NCBI GenBank assembly: GCA_039818205.1
Contig: JBCBUK010000013.1
Coordinates: 32,001 to 96,000 of the forward strand
Length of the DNA: 64,000 nucleotides
Reading direction: 5' to 3'
Source of the DNA: Verrucomicrobiota bacterium
GTDB lineage: Bacteria; Verrucomicrobiota; Verrucomicrobiia; Opitutales; Cerasicoccaceae
The notes beneath the pieces are model-generated. The model searched no databases. It saw only the letters and a program-made list of their open reading frames with translations, and was not told the origin of the DNA. Positions within the stretch are counted from its first letter, which is position 1; the number at the start of each line of letters is the position of its first letter. Made by a program: the position numbers and the translations under genes. Shown piece by piece: positions 28,599-38,812 of the stretch.

Positions 28599-29909
28599 CT
28601 ACTCTTTATCGGTTACCGCAGCTTCCGCTTTCTTGGCTTCAGCTTCCACCTTCTCCGCAGCGGCTTTAGCAGCAGCATCCGCCTTTGCTTTTTCCTCGGC
28701 GGCCTTCTTCGCTAACTTTTCCTCGGCAGCTTTGGCTCGGGCCAGGGCGTCTTCCTTTTCCTTCGCAATCCGCGCAGCCTCTGCCTTGGCCTTCTTCTCG
28801 GCCTCGGCTTTTGCTTTGCGCGCGGCTTCCATCTTGGCCTTCTTATCGGCTTCCGCTTTCTTGGCCAGCTGCTTTAGGTGCGACTCAATATCGGTTAGCA
28901 TGCCGACTTTGGCTTTGCTGGTATATTCGGTTGCATAGCCGAAGACATCCTTGCCTTGGAAGGTGACGCGATGGACATAGCGGCCACCATTGAGGTCGGC
29001 GAGATAGTCGAGCGTGAACGGCATTCCCGAGGTCATGAGTTCAGTCAGAGCGGCCTCGGTTTCTTCATTGGTTGGAGCCAGAAAGTAGGCGATTTCCGTT
29101 GGGTTGAGTTCGGAAAAGGTAATTTCCTGATTGGATCGGAAGCTCGCAACGAAGGCAGTTGTTGGCAAGAGGTCCGACATCGGAGCAATGGTTTTCACGT
29201 TCACAGGGATCTTGCTCTGCATGATGGTGACAAGCGCGGCTTGGGCGGAAGCGTTGTTTGGGGCAAGGAGCTTGGCAGCCTCTTGCGGCTTCATTTTACC
29301 AAAGTTGATCTCTTTCTTTGACGTATACTGAACGGTGATCTGCCGGCCTTCGACCGTCAATAGCGGCTCACCACGAGCCGGAACGATGACGACTTCATTT
29401 CCGGTTACATTGACCTTCTGTGAACTGACATTGCCATCGGATTTGATCTTGTTGTCGATGGTTACGCCAATGCCCATCAAATAGCTGAGTGCGGTTTGGC
29501 CTTTGCGATCGCCGGGCAGAAGCGTTTGGGCAATCTTGCGGCGGTTCACGTTGCTGAAATCAATTGGGCTAGCGGTACCAACCGTGAGAATGATTTTGGG
29601 CGAGGCAGGAGTCGCAACCGGCTCAAGGGAAACGGGGATGCCCAAGCCCGAAAGGTAGACCAAAGCGGTTTGAGCACCTTCATTTTTGGGCGCGAACGTG
29701 CTGGCAACTTGTGCTGGGCTCAGGGAGCCCGAATCGGCAGCCTTGGTGGACTTGACCTGGAGCGCAATACTGAGGTCCTGAGGCTTGATCGCCTGCTTTT
29801 GGGAGGCCGCAGCCTTGTCGGCGGCGGTTGCGCTTTGAGGAGCCAAGGCGATAGCGCCGAGGACTAGGGCGAGGGTGATCCCTCCGATAAACGGTGGTAG
29901 CTTTTTCAT
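28599..29909 (-). CDS. secreted hypothetical protein with four ~50-aa internal repeats and an Ala/Lys/Glu-rich tail
   Basis: Signal peptide; repeated PxxxAxxLAPxNxxAQxAL units; TolA-like C-terminus. Confidence 0.8.
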   Translation of the reverse strand: MKKLPPFIGGITLALVLGAIALAPQSATAADKAAASQKQAIKPQDLSIALQVKSTKAADSGSLSPAQVASTFAPKNEGAQTALVYLSGLGIPVSLEPVATPASPKIILTVGTASPIDFSNVNRRKIAQTLLPGDRKGQTALSYLMGIGVTIDNKIKSDGNVSSQKVNVTGNEVVIVPARGEPLLTVEGRQITVQYTSKKEINFGKMKPQEAAKLLAPNNASAQAALVTIMQSKIPVNVKTIAPMSDLLPTTAFVASFRSNQEITFSELNPTEIAYFLAPTNEETEAALTELMTSGMPFTLDYLADLNGGRYVHRVTFQGKDVFGYATEYTSKAKVGMLTDIESHLKQLAKKAEADKKAKMEAARKAKAEAEKKAKAEAARIAKEKEDALARAKAAEEKLAKKAAEEKAKADAAAKAAAEKVEAEAKKAEAAVTDKE

Positions 29910-29910
29910 A

Positions 29911-30792
29911 TTAATGATCGAGAAAACGTTCGGTTAAGCCGCCGTAGGCGTCGATGCGCCGGTCGCGGAAAAAGGGCCAGATGCGTCGGAAGTCTTCTTG
30001 GGCATCGAGATCTACTTCTACTACGGAAACCCCCTCCTCGTCGATGCCCATTCGCTGAATGATTTGTCCGTAGGGATTGCTGACGAAGGATTGACCCCAA
30101 AATTCGGTGTCGCCTTCGGTCCCAACTCGATTAACCGCGACGACATGGCAGCCATTGGCGACCCCATGTCCCTTCTGGACGGTTTCCCAAGCGTTGTGCT
30201 GCGCCTCGCCGAGTGCTTCCTTTTCATCGGGCAACCAGCCAATCGCAGTCGGGTAGAAGAGGATGTCGGCGCCGGCAAGCGCGGTCAAGCGGGCGGCTTC
30301 TGGATACCATTGGTCCCAGCAGATGCATAGCCCGAGCTTGCCAAACTGCGTATCCCATACCTGGAAGCCAAGGTCGCCTGGAGTGAAGTAAAATTTTTCC
30401 TCAAAACCCGGGTCCTGGGGAATGTGCATCTTTCGATACCTGCCGAGGAGCGAGCCATCGGCGTCGATCACCACCGCGGTGTTGTGGTAGAGGCCAGGTG
30501 CGCGCTTTTCAAAGGTCGGAACGAGAATGACAACGCCAAGCTCTTGGGCGATCTCCTGCATCAGGGCTGTGGTTGGCCCCGGGATCGGCTCCGCGAGATC
30601 AAAATTCGCGGTATCCTGCGTTCGGCAGAAATACTCGGTGTTAAACATCTCCGGCAAACAGATGACCTGGGCGCCTTGTTTTGCGGCATCAACAATCAAC
30701 GCTTTCGCCTTCGCAATATTCTGCGCGGGCTCCGGCAACATCGACATCTGTATGATCCCGACGGAAGTCCGTTGGGGCTTGGGACATGTCAT
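29911..30792 (-). CDS. aguB: N-carbamoylputrescine amidohydrolase (carbon-nitrogen hydrolase)
   Basis: CLPE, YRKMHIP, EKFYFTPGD, ICWDQWYPE, YPTAIG; clustered with aguA. Confidence 0.9.
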   Translation of the reverse strand: MTCPKPQRTSVGIIQMSMLPEPAQNIAKAKALIVDAAKQGAQVICLPEMFNTEYFCRTQDTANFDLAEPIPGPTTALMQEIAQELGVVILVPTFEKRAPGLYHNTAVVIDADGSLLGRYRKMHIPQDPGFEEKFYFTPGDLGFQVWDTQFGKLGLCICWDQWYPEAARLTALAGADILFYPTAIGWLPDEKEALGEAQHNAWETVQKGHGVANGCHVVAVNRVGTEGDTEFWGQSFVSNPYGQIIQRMGIDEEGVSVVEVDLDAQEDFRRIWPFFRDRRIDAYGGLTERFLDH

Positions 30793-30880
30793 ACTCTTCA
30801 GCGAAGATTTTTGAGCATCGTGCTGCAAGCCTTGAATCATCATGCGCTTGTTACGATTCGGAGGAATTTTTTTGCGTGCC

Positions 30881-31879
30881 ATGCCCATGGACGCCAGCCA
30901 AGCTCCCCGTGTGAGTGATGCATCCGCACCTTTGAAATGTGGCGTAGCAGGCGTTGGCTACTTGGGCCAGCACCATGCGCGCCTCTACGCAGCGCTGCCG
31001 CAGACGGAATTGGTGGGCGTATTTGACGTTGATCCCAAACGGGCTGCCAAGATCGCCCAGGAACATGGGGGGCAGGTTTTTGAATCGCTCGACGCCCTCG
31101 GCTCAGCCTGTGATGCCGTGAGTGTGGTGGCACCGACAAACTACCATTGCGAAGTCGCCCAAAGCCTCCTTTCCCACGGCTGTCATTTACTGATTGAGAA
31201 GCCGCTCTGCAGCAGTCTGGAGGAGGCCGAGGTCATCTTAAATGCTGCTCGGCAGGCGCAGCGGATTGTTCAAGTCGGGCACATCGAGCACTTCAACCCG
31301 GTGATGAGCTTTTTGGAGAAAAATGTGGATAGTCCGCGATTCATCACCTGTGACCGCCTCGCTCCCTTCAAAATGCGTGGATTGGAGGTTGGCGTGGTGC
31401 TGGATCTCATGATTCACGATATTGGTGTCATCCTACAATTGGTAAAGTCACCGCTCGAGCGCGTAGATGCCGTTGGCGTGGAAGTGCTCACCAAGACGGA
31501 GGACATTGCGAACGCCCGGTTGACATTCGCGAACGGCTGTGTCGCCAATATCAATACCAGCCGGGTCAGTTTAAAGGCCGTGCGGGAGATTCGAGTCTTC
31601 CAACCGAATGCCTACCTCTCCCTGAATTTTGCTGAACAAAAAGGCCACTTGATCCGCAAGCCGAAGATCGGCAATACCGAGCTCAACATCCCCCATAAGG
31701 TTAAAATTCCGATTGAGAAAGGCGAACCACTTGCCCTGGAACTCGCGGGATTTGCGGAAGCGATCCAACAGCAGTCAGCTCCCAAAGTGGACGCCGAGCT
31801 CGGCAAAACCGCCCTCGAAGTGGCGCTCCAGGTGACGGAAAAAATCAAAGAAAGCAGCCTCAAAGCCTCGCAGTCATGA
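30881..31879 (+). CDS. Gfo/Idh/MocA oxidoreductase, GnnA-like
   Basis: GVGYLGQHHAR, IEKP, QVGHIE, VLDLMIHD; upstream of lpxB. Confidence 0.85.
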   Translation: MPMDASQAPRVSDASAPLKCGVAGVGYLGQHHARLYAALPQTELVGVFDVDPKRAAKIAQEHGGQVFESLDALGSACDAVSVVAPTNYHCEVAQSLLSHGCHLLIEKPLCSSLEEAEVILNAARQAQRIVQVGHIEHFNPVMSFLEKNVDSPRFITCDRLAPFKMRGLEVGVVLDLMIHDIGVILQLVKSPLERVDAVGVEVLTKTEDIANARLTFANGCVANINTSRVSLKAVREIRVFQPNAYLSLNFAEQKGHLIRKPKIGNTELNIPHKVKIPIEKGEPLALELAGFAEAIQQQSAPKVDAELGKTALEVALQVTEKIKESSLKASQS

Positions 31880-32079
31880 TGAAAGTCGTTCAGTTCGTTT
31901 TTCCGCAAGACTCGCATTCGTCCGCCGCCCGATTGGGGAATGATGCCGGTTTGGATATCATGCTCGAGATTCAACAATCATCATTGAGCGCGGAATTCTC
32001 ACAGAGCCTTGACCGTGCCTACCCCCTTTTGGTTGAGGCGCATAACGCCCATTTGCCGGTGGATGTTATTGTTGCGTGA
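31876..32079 (+). CDS. small hypothetical protein
   Basis: ATGA overlap upstream and TGATG overlap with lpxB suggest translational coupling; no motif. Confidence 0.35.
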   Translation: MMKVVQFVFPQDSHSSAARLGNDAGLDIMLEIQQSSLSAEFSQSLDRAYPLLVEAHNAHLPVDVIVA

Positions 32080-33251
32080 TGCCGAAGCCAATCACATTGC
32101 CGAGGCCCTCTCAGCGACCGGACCTGCTGATCATTGCTGGGGAGCATTCCGGTGACCACCACGCAGCGGCCATGTTGAAGGACGCCCTTCTTGAGCGGCC
32201 AGATATGCAGGTTTGCGCTCTCGGTGGCGACGCCCTGAAGCGTTCCGGTGCCCAGGTGATTTTTGACCTTGTGGACCACTCCGTGGTCGGGTTTGCCGAG
32301 GTGCTCAAGCACTATGGTTTTTTCAAGCAGTTGTTCGCGAGCGTGGTCGGATGGATTGCGGAACACCGACCCCGCGCGGTGTGTTTTGTGGACTATCCCG
32401 GGTTCAACCTGCGGCTTGCCGAGCGATTGGTGAAGGATGGTCTCGCCAGGAAGGGAGGGGGAGAGATCGCGCTGCTTTACTACATCAGCCCGCAGATCTG
32501 GGCGTGGAAAGGGCACCGTAGATTCAAGATGGCTAAGCTACTCGATGCCTTGTCCGTCATTTTCCCGTTTGAGGTCGCTTGCTACGAAGACACCGATTTG
32601 CCGACGGAATTTGTTGGGCACCCCTTCGTTGCTGGGGGTTACCAGCTTAGCCTTGCCCATAACCCGACCGGACCCGTATTGCTGCTGCCCGGTAGCCGGA
32701 TTGCCCCGGTTCAGCGGATTTTCCCGGTTCTCGTGGAGTCTTTTCTGGCCTACAGAGCAGGCGATCCTGATCGGCGAGCCATCGCCCTCTATCCGAGCGC
32801 CTCCGTGAAGCAACAACTCCAGACGATACTCGCTGAGGTTTCCGGAGCAGCTGAGGTAATCGACCTCCAACCAGCCGAGACGCCCGTCGAGGCCTCGGCG
32901 GTCTTAACCAGCTCGGGCACAATGTCGCTCCAGGTGGCGCTGGCGGGTATCCCTGGTTGTATCGTTTATCGGGCGCATTGGTGGACCTATTTTCTGGGCA
33001 AAAACTTGGTCAAGATACCCTATTTGGGTATTGCCAATATTCTGCTCGACCGCCCGGCTTACCCCGAATTCATCCAGGCGGCCGCCGAACCCGGACGACT
33101 CCAAACCGAGCTTCAGCGGCTATTGGCGGATGATAGTGCAGCGACTACAGCTGCCGCAAACACCCAGGAGCTGCGTACACTCCTCGGCGAAGGCAGCCAG
33201 AACAGCGCGGCCACCTGGCTCCTCGCGCAGATGGATTCACGGTTGATGTAG
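32079..33251 (+). CDS. lpxB: lipid-A-disaccharide synthase
   Basis: AGEHSGD, VDYPGFN, YYISPQIWAW, IFPFE, FVGHP, LLPGSR, SSGT. Confidence 0.95.
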   Translation: MPKPITLPRPSQRPDLLIIAGEHSGDHHAAAMLKDALLERPDMQVCALGGDALKRSGAQVIFDLVDHSVVGFAEVLKHYGFFKQLFASVVGWIAEHRPRAVCFVDYPGFNLRLAERLVKDGLARKGGGEIALLYYISPQIWAWKGHRRFKMAKLLDALSVIFPFEVACYEDTDLPTEFVGHPFVAGGYQLSLAHNPTGPVLLLPGSRIAPVQRIFPVLVESFLAYRAGDPDRRAIALYPSASVKQQLQTILAEVSGAAEVIDLQPAETPVEASAVLTSSGTMSLQVALAGIPGCIVYRAHWWTYFLGKNLVKIPYLGIANILLDRPAYPEFIQAAAEPGRLQTELQRLLADDSAATTAAANTQELRTLLGEGSQNSAATWLLAQMDSRLM

Positions 33252-33291
33252 ACTGCTTCACCTTGTCTCCATGTCAGTTGCCGGTTGGCAT

Positions 33292-33425
33292 TGCCACCTA
33301 GCGCGCGGCCACTGCCGCGACTCCGATCCAACGGGACGTTGGGAAGCGTTGGGCGTCACCCAGATGGCTGGCGCTGCCACCTAGCGCGCGGCGCCTGCCG
33401 CGACTCCGATCCAACGGGACGTTGG
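33292..33425. repeat. two 51-bp direct repeats (83-bp period), each containing two hairpins
   Basis: 33292-33342 and 33375-33425: TGCCACCTAGCGCGCGGC(CA/GC)CTGCCGCGACTCCGATCCAACGGGACGTTGG. Confidence 0.9.
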
Positions 33426-33498
33426 CTGGTGGCTTGACATGCGGGAGAATGTTGGCATTTCTCTGGCTTTTTCAGAACCCGAAATCCTGTTTAGTAAA

Positions 33499-34056
33499 AT
33501 GGCGTCTCCAACCGAAATCCGCAAAGGCCGAGTAATGAATTTCCAAAATGCCCCGCACCTCGTGCTGGAAATGCAACACCGCACCCAGGGGCGTCAGGCT
33601 GGATTTGTTCAGGTGGTCATGCGCAATTTGAACAACGGCACCTCGACGAATGCGAAATTCCGCTCGACTGATAGCGTTGATTTTTGCCACACCGAAAACA
33701 ACAAGCTGGAGTTCTCTTACCTCGATGAGCAGGGGTATCACTTTATGGACACCGAGACCTTCGAGGATTTCATCCTTCCTCCCGAGGTCTGCAATGACAT
33801 CAAGCTCTTCTTGGTTGAGACCAACGCTTACGAAATCCTTTTTGTCGACGGAACTCCGGTCGCAGTCAACTTGCCTGCGAGTGTCGAGATGACCGTAGAA
33901 GAATCCGCTGAAGGCGTTAAGGGTGACACGGCCTCGAACGTGCAAAAGCCCGCTACCATGAGCACGGGCCTCGTCGTTCAGGTACCGCTCTTCATTAAGC
34001 CTGGTGAGTTGATCAAGGTGAAGACTGAAGACCGGACCTACCTGGGCCGCGCCTAG
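33499..34056 (+). CDS. efp: translation elongation factor P
   Basis: FMDTETFE, GVKGDTAS, KPATMSTG, VQVPLFI, YLGRA; tip loop is TQGRQ. Confidence 0.95.
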   Translation: MASPTEIRKGRVMNFQNAPHLVLEMQHRTQGRQAGFVQVVMRNLNNGTSTNAKFRSTDSVDFCHTENNKLEFSYLDEQGYHFMDTETFEDFILPPEVCNDIKLFLVETNAYEILFVDGTPVAVNLPASVEMTVEESAEGVKGDTASNVQKPATMSTGLVVQVPLFIKPGELIKVKTEDRTYLGRA

Positions 34057-34129
34057 GTTTTCCGGGGCCGTTTGAAGATTTTTTACTCTAGGTTTTGCAT
34101 CCCGCTGTCGGATGCATTTCAGTAGTTTC

Positions 34130-34972
34130 ATGTCTGATTGGATTGAGTTCAAGGCCTACGAGGAAATCCACTACCACAAGCTTCCCGAAGAGGGTATCGC
34201 CAAGGTAACGATCAACCGGCCGCATCGTCGAAATGCGTTTACGCCCGACACGGTGGCCGAGATGATTGACGCCTTCACCGATGCCCGGGAAGACCCGGAC
34301 GTCGGCGTGGTATTGCTCTGTGGGCAGAACCCGCAGACCGACGGCAAGTATGCTTTTTGCTCTGGCGGTGACCAGAAAATCCGGGGCAACCAAGCGGGTG
34401 GGTATCAAGGCAAAGACGGCGTTCCGCGCCTCAACGTGCTCGACTTGCAACGACTCATTCGCTCGATGCCGAAGGTGGTCATTGCGCTGGTTGCGGGTTA
34501 CGCGATTGGCGGCGGCCACGTGCTCCATGTCGTCTGCGACCTGACCATTGCTGCGGACAATGCGGTGTTCGGCCAAACCGGCCCAAAAGTTGGTAGCTTT
34601 GATGGCGGATTTGGCTCCAGCTACCTGGCGCGTAGTGTCGGGCAGAAAAAAGCTCGAGAGATCTGGTATCTCTGCCGCCAATATAATGCCCAGGAGGCCG
34701 TCGATATGGGATTGGTCAACAAGGTGGTCCCAGTTGAGCAACTTGAAGCCGAAGGAATTGCCTGGGGACGCGACATCATGCGCCACAGCCCCTTAGCCAT
34801 TCGCTGCCTCAAGAGCGCTTTTAATGCCGAGCTGGACGGACAGGCGGGACTGCAGGAACTGGCCGGCAACGCGACTCTGCTCTACTACCTGACCGAACAG
34901 GGCGAAGAAGGTCACCAGGCCTACGTCGACAAACGGAAGCCCGATTTCCGGAAGTATCCTTGGTTGCCGTAG
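34130..34972 (+). CDS. menB: 1,4-dihydroxy-2-naphthoyl-CoA synthase
   Basis: [36 protein letters not shown]. Confidence 0.97.
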   Translation: MSDWIEFKAYEEIHYHKLPEEGIAKVTINRPHRRNAFTPDTVAEMIDAFTDAREDPDVGVVLLCGQNPQTDGKYAFCSGGDQKIRGNQAGGYQGKDGVPRLNVLDLQRLIRSMPKVVIALVAGYAIGGGHVLHVVCDLTIAADNAVFGQTGPKVGSFDGGFGSSYLARSVGQKKAREIWYLCRQYNAQEAVDMGLVNKVVPVEQLEAEGIAWGRDIMRHSPLAIRCLKSAFNAELDGQAGLQELAGNATLLYYLTEQGEEGHQAYVDKRKPDFRKYPWLP

Positions 34973-35047
34973 AAGGGAACCGAACCTGAAACCGATAATG
35001 CTTGCGAGTGAGCCCGCCGATGGCTCTTTTCGTAGGTTAAATTTTTT

Positions 35048-36787
35048 ATGTCCGAGATCGAAGAAAAGCCCTCCAATTTTATCCGTGATATCGTCGTTGC
35101 CGACCTGGAATCTGGGAAGGTGGATGCCATCCAGACCCGTTTCCCACCGGAACCGAACGGATATCTCCACATCGGGCACAGCAAGAGCATCTGTTTGAAT
35201 TTCGGGCTCGCCCGCGAGTTTGGCGGTCAGTGCAATCTACGCTTTGACGATACGAATCCGGAAAAGGAGGAAACTGAGTATGTCGATGCGATCAAAGCCG
35301 ACATCCTTTGGCTCGGATTTCAGTGGGATCGCGAGTGTTACGCCTCGGATTACTTTGAGCAGCTGTTTCAGTGGGCCGAGCAGCTGATTAACGAGGGCAA
35401 AGCCTACGTTTGCGATCTCACCGCGGAGCAAACCCGCGAATACCGTGGCAATTTGACCGAGCCTGGCAAACCGAGCCCGTTCCGCGATCGTTCGGTAGAA
35501 GAGAATCTCGACCTTTTTCGGCGCATGCGCGCGGGTGAAATTGAGGATGGAGCGAAGACGCTGCGTGCTAAGATTGATATGGCTAGCCCCAATCTGAATT
35601 TGCGCGACCCAGTACTCTACCGCATCAAACGCGCCCATCACCACCGGACCGGGGATGCCTGGCCCATCTATCCGAGCTACGACTTTACCCATGGGCAAAG
35701 TGACTCGATCGAGCAGGTCACCCATTCGATTTGCACCCTGGAATTTGAAACCCACCGACCGCTCTATGATTGGTTCATCGAGCAACTCGGGATCTACCCG
35801 TCTCACCAATACGAATTTGCGCGCTTGAACCTGAATTACACGGTGATGAGCAAACGCAAGTTGATCCAGCTCGTACAGGATGACGCGGTGGAGGCTTGGG
35901 ACGACCCGCGTATGGCGACGATTTCCGGAGCCCGTCGTCGCGGAGTGCCGCCGCTGGCTTTCCGACGCTTGGCTGAGACGGTAGGAGTCACCAAATACAA
36001 ATCCGTCACGGATATCGCTCTTTTCGACCATATCATCCGCGATGTTCTCAATCGCTGTTCGCTGCGGCGTATGGTTGTGCTCAAGCCGTTGAAGCTGACC
36101 CTCACGAACTATCCGGCGGACAAGGTTGAGCACTTGGAGGCCACCAACAATCCTGAGGACGAGTCAGCGGGCAAGCGGAGCATTCCGTTTGGTCAGACGC
36201 TCTACATCGATCGCGACGATTTCATGGAGGATGCTCCGAAAAAGTTTTTCCGATTGAAGCCTGGTGGTGAGGTTCGTCTGCGCAACGCCTACGTGATCAA
36301 GTGCGACGAGGTGATCAAGGACGAGGCGGGCAACATCCTTGAATTGAAGGGGACCGTTGATCACGACACGCTTGGAAAAAACCCGGAGGGCCGCAAGGTC
36401 AAGGGAGTCATTCACTGGGTCAGCGCTGAGCATGCCGTTGAGGCTGAAGTTCGCCTTTATGATCGACTGTTTTCCGTTGAGCGCCCAGATGGCGACAAGG
36501 AACGGGATTTTCGCGAGTTTTTGAACCCGGAGTCGATGACGGTCGTGAATGCGTTTATCGAGCCCGAGCTCGCCGCTAATGCCGCAAAAATACTCGCTAA
36601 GATCAATAATGGAGGGACCGTTCCGATCCAGGAAAATTCGGAGTTTCAAAGGCCACTCTATGCCAGTGATTTAAGGGTTCAGTTCGAGCGTGTTGGCTAC
36701 TTCTGTCTTGATCAAAAATCGTCAAGCGAGCGCCTTGTTTTCAACCGCACAGTTCCCCTAAAAGATTCCTGGGCTAAAAAAGGTTGA
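35048..36787 (+). CDS. glnS: glutamine--tRNA ligase
   Basis: [37 protein letters not shown]. Confidence 0.97.
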   Translation: MSEIEEKPSNFIRDIVVADLESGKVDAIQTRFPPEPNGYLHIGHSKSICLNFGLAREFGGQCNLRFDDTNPEKEETEYVDAIKADILWLGFQWDRECYASDYFEQLFQWAEQLINEGKAYVCDLTAEQTREYRGNLTEPGKPSPFRDRSVEENLDLFRRMRAGEIEDGAKTLRAKIDMASPNLNLRDPVLYRIKRAHHHRTGDAWPIYPSYDFTHGQSDSIEQVTHSICTLEFETHRPLYDWFIEQLGIYPSHQYEFARLNLNYTVMSKRKLIQLVQDDAVEAWDDPRMATISGARRRGVPPLAFRRLAETVGVTKYKSVTDIALFDHIIRDVLNRCSLRRMVVLKPLKLTLTNYPADKVEHLEATNNPEDESAGKRSIPFGQTLYIDRDDFMEDAPKKFFRLKPGGEVRLRNAYVIKCDEVIKDEAGNILELKGTVDHDTLGKNPEGRKVKGVIHWVSAEHAVEAEVRLYDRLFSVERPDGDKERDFREFLNPESMTVVNAFIEPELAANAAKILAKINNGGTVPIQENSEFQRPLYASDLRVQFERVGYFCLDQKSSSERLVFNRTVPLKDSWAKKG

Positions 36788-37052
36788 TCCTGCCCTGGTG
36801 ACTTGAGTCAACGCTTCCGTAAGGCCTTGATAGTCAAGGGATATTATAGGGCTAAAGGTCCCTGTAAAATTAAAGTAAAGTATCTAAGGTGGCCCTGTAA
36901 AACTATGGGTTTTAACGCCGCTTTAACGCTGTATGTCATTGCCAAAAAACAGTGATTTCGGTAGGTCTAATATACTTTCATGTGGGGGCGAAATATCCCC
37001 ATTTCCTACCCTACAGTTAGGTATCTGTAACTTACTGAATATCATAATCATA

Positions 37053-37265
37053 ATGATCACGCAGACCGAATCTACTCCTTCCGATGAAGCGTATGCTCGG
37101 GTTTATCCACGACGCCGGCATCGTTTTGCCAATTGCGTCAGTTCTGACGTGGATGATCAATCGGTCAAGTTGGTGTTCTCGGCTCCTTTAGAGCGATCTG
37201 AAGTGCGTCGGCGATTCGCTGGCATCTACGAACAAGCATACCGGATTGCGTACCGGGATGAGTAA
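37053..37265 (+). CDS. small hypothetical protein (70 aa)
   Basis: Follows an AT-rich upstream region and is followed by a terminator. Confidence 0.55.
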   Translation: MITQTESTPSDEAYARVYPRRRHRFANCVSSDVDDQSVKLVFSAPLERSEVRRRFAGIYEQAYRIAYRDE

Positions 37266-37291
37266 TATCGATTGAATATTTATACCCTCAG

Positions 37292-37322
37292 AGACCCGGC
37301 CACTTGCGCCGGGTCTTTTTTT
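37292..37322 (+). terminator. rho-independent terminator
   Basis: AGACCCGGC-CACTTGC-GCCGGGTCT followed by a T-run. Confidence 0.85.
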
Positions 37323-37369
37323 GCGTATGATTAATGCAAGGAAGTGAGATCCGTTAAGACTAATTACCC

Positions 37370-37951
37370 ATGAAACGAAATATCCGATTCGTTGTTCCTG
37401 TCCTCATCGTAGGATCATTAGCCATGTGGTCTTTGACGACCGCTGACACCGAGCAAAAGAAACCAACGAAACCAACCATGAGCGAAAGCACCAACACCCA
37501 ATCCACGATTCCCAGTGACGCCGAATTGCGTGAGCGTCTGACGCCCCTGCAGTATGCCGTGGCCCGAGAGGATGGCACCGAGCCCGCGTTTCGCAACGAA
37601 TACTGGGACAACAAGGAACCCGGCATTTATGTCGACATCATCTCCGGTGAGCCATTGTTCGCCTCCCTCCACAAATACAAATCTGGCACGGGATGGCCGA
37701 GCTTTTACCAGCCCCTGAACAAAGAGGAGATCGTCACGCACGAGGACAACAAGTTGTGGATGACCCGCACCGAAGTTCGTTCCAAATCCGGCGATACCCA
37801 CCTGGGCCACGTATTTCCGGATGGGCCGAAGCCAACCGGTTTGCGCTACTGCATCAATTCAGCCGCCCTGCGGTTCGTCCCCGTTGCCGACCTTGAGAAG
37901 GAAGGCTACGCCGAATACGCTAAGCTCTTCGAAGAAAAGAACGCGGAGTAG
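37370..37951 (+). CDS. msrB: peptide-methionine (R)-S-oxide reductase, exported
   Basis: [33 protein letters not shown]; signal peptide. Confidence 0.95.
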   Translation: MKRNIRFVVPVLIVGSLAMWSLTTADTEQKKPTKPTMSESTNTQSTIPSDAELRERLTPLQYAVAREDGTEPAFRNEYWDNKEPGIYVDIISGEPLFASLHKYKSGTGWPSFYQPLNKEEIVTHEDNKLWMTRTEVRSKSGDTHLGHVFPDGPKPTGLRYCINSAALRFVPVADLEKEGYAEYAKLFEEKNAE

Positions 37952-38084
37952 GCTAGCGCCAATTACTCTTGAATTTGCGCACCCTCGTTGTCGATGGCTT
38001 CCAGGGTGTTTTCATGGGCGAAAGTGTCTCATTCCGCCAAAGTGGTCGCGAGTAACACTAAGGCGAGCGGATGGAATCGCATCA

Positions 38085-38810
38085 TCATTGGCTACCGACA
38101 AACTGGCCGTCCTTCATGCGAAGGCACGTGTCAGTCTGTTGGGCGAGTTCGGGGTTGTGAGTGACCATCAGGATCGCTTGTCCCGTCTCCTTGCTGAGGC
38201 GCTGCAACAGGTCGAAAATCATGTTGGAGTTCTCGGTGTCCAAGTTACCAGTCGGTTCGTCCGCGAGGAGTAGGGCGGGGTCATTTGCCAATGAGCGGGC
38301 AATCGCAACGCGCTGTTGTTCACCGCCAGACAGGTGCGTGGCCAAGCGATCGACCTTCTTGCTGAGCCCAACGAGACCCAGGAGGTATTCGGCGCGTTCG
38401 CGCATCTCCTCTGGGCTGCGGACTGCCAGTTTCCGCATGGGTAACATGACATTCTCCGCTGCGCTAAACTCGGGTAGTAAAAAGTGAAACTGGAACACGA
38501 AGCCGATGTGTTTGCTGCGCGCCGCCGTGCGTTCTGGGTCTGAGGCGTCGGACATCAACTCGCCGCGAATCCAGATCTTGCCCTTGTCCTGGCGGTCCAG
38601 GAGACCAAGCAGATAGAGCATGGTGCTTTTGCCGCAACCGGAAGGACCAGCCACGGAATAAGTCATCGCTGGCATGAGTTCGAGGTTGATGCCCCGCAAT
38701 ACGTGCACCCGGCCTTCGTCCTCGCCTAAGAATCGGTGCAGGTCCTCCCCGCGGAGAACGGGTTCCCCGGAAGCAATGAGATCCGGCTGACTGTTGGCTT
38801 CATCGGTCAT
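38085..38810 (-). CDS. ABC transporter ATP-binding protein, LolD/MacB-like
   Basis: GPSGCGKS, GFVFQFHFLL, LSGGEQQR, LADEPTGNLD. Confidence 0.92.
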   Translation of the reverse strand: MTDEANSQPDLIASGEPVLRGEDLHRFLGEDEGRVHVLRGINLELMPAMTYSVAGPSGCGKSTMLYLLGLLDRQDKGKIWIRGELMSDASDPERTAARSKHIGFVFQFHFLLPEFSAAENVMLPMRKLAVRSPEEMRERAEYLLGLVGLSKKVDRLATHLSGGEQQRVAIARSLANDPALLLADEPTGNLDTENSNMIFDLLQRLSKETGQAILMVTHNPELAQQTDTCLRMKDGQFVGSQ

Positions 38811-38812
38811 GG

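Noticed and set aside
30872..30890. Sigma54 promoter (TGGCACG on the minus strand) for aguB
   Set aside because: No GC at the -12 position; the GG-N10-GC rule fails.
33292..33425. CRISPR mini-array (repeat, 32-nt spacer, repeat)
   Set aside because: Only two units, 51-bp repeats with two hairpins, no leader and no cas genes in the window.
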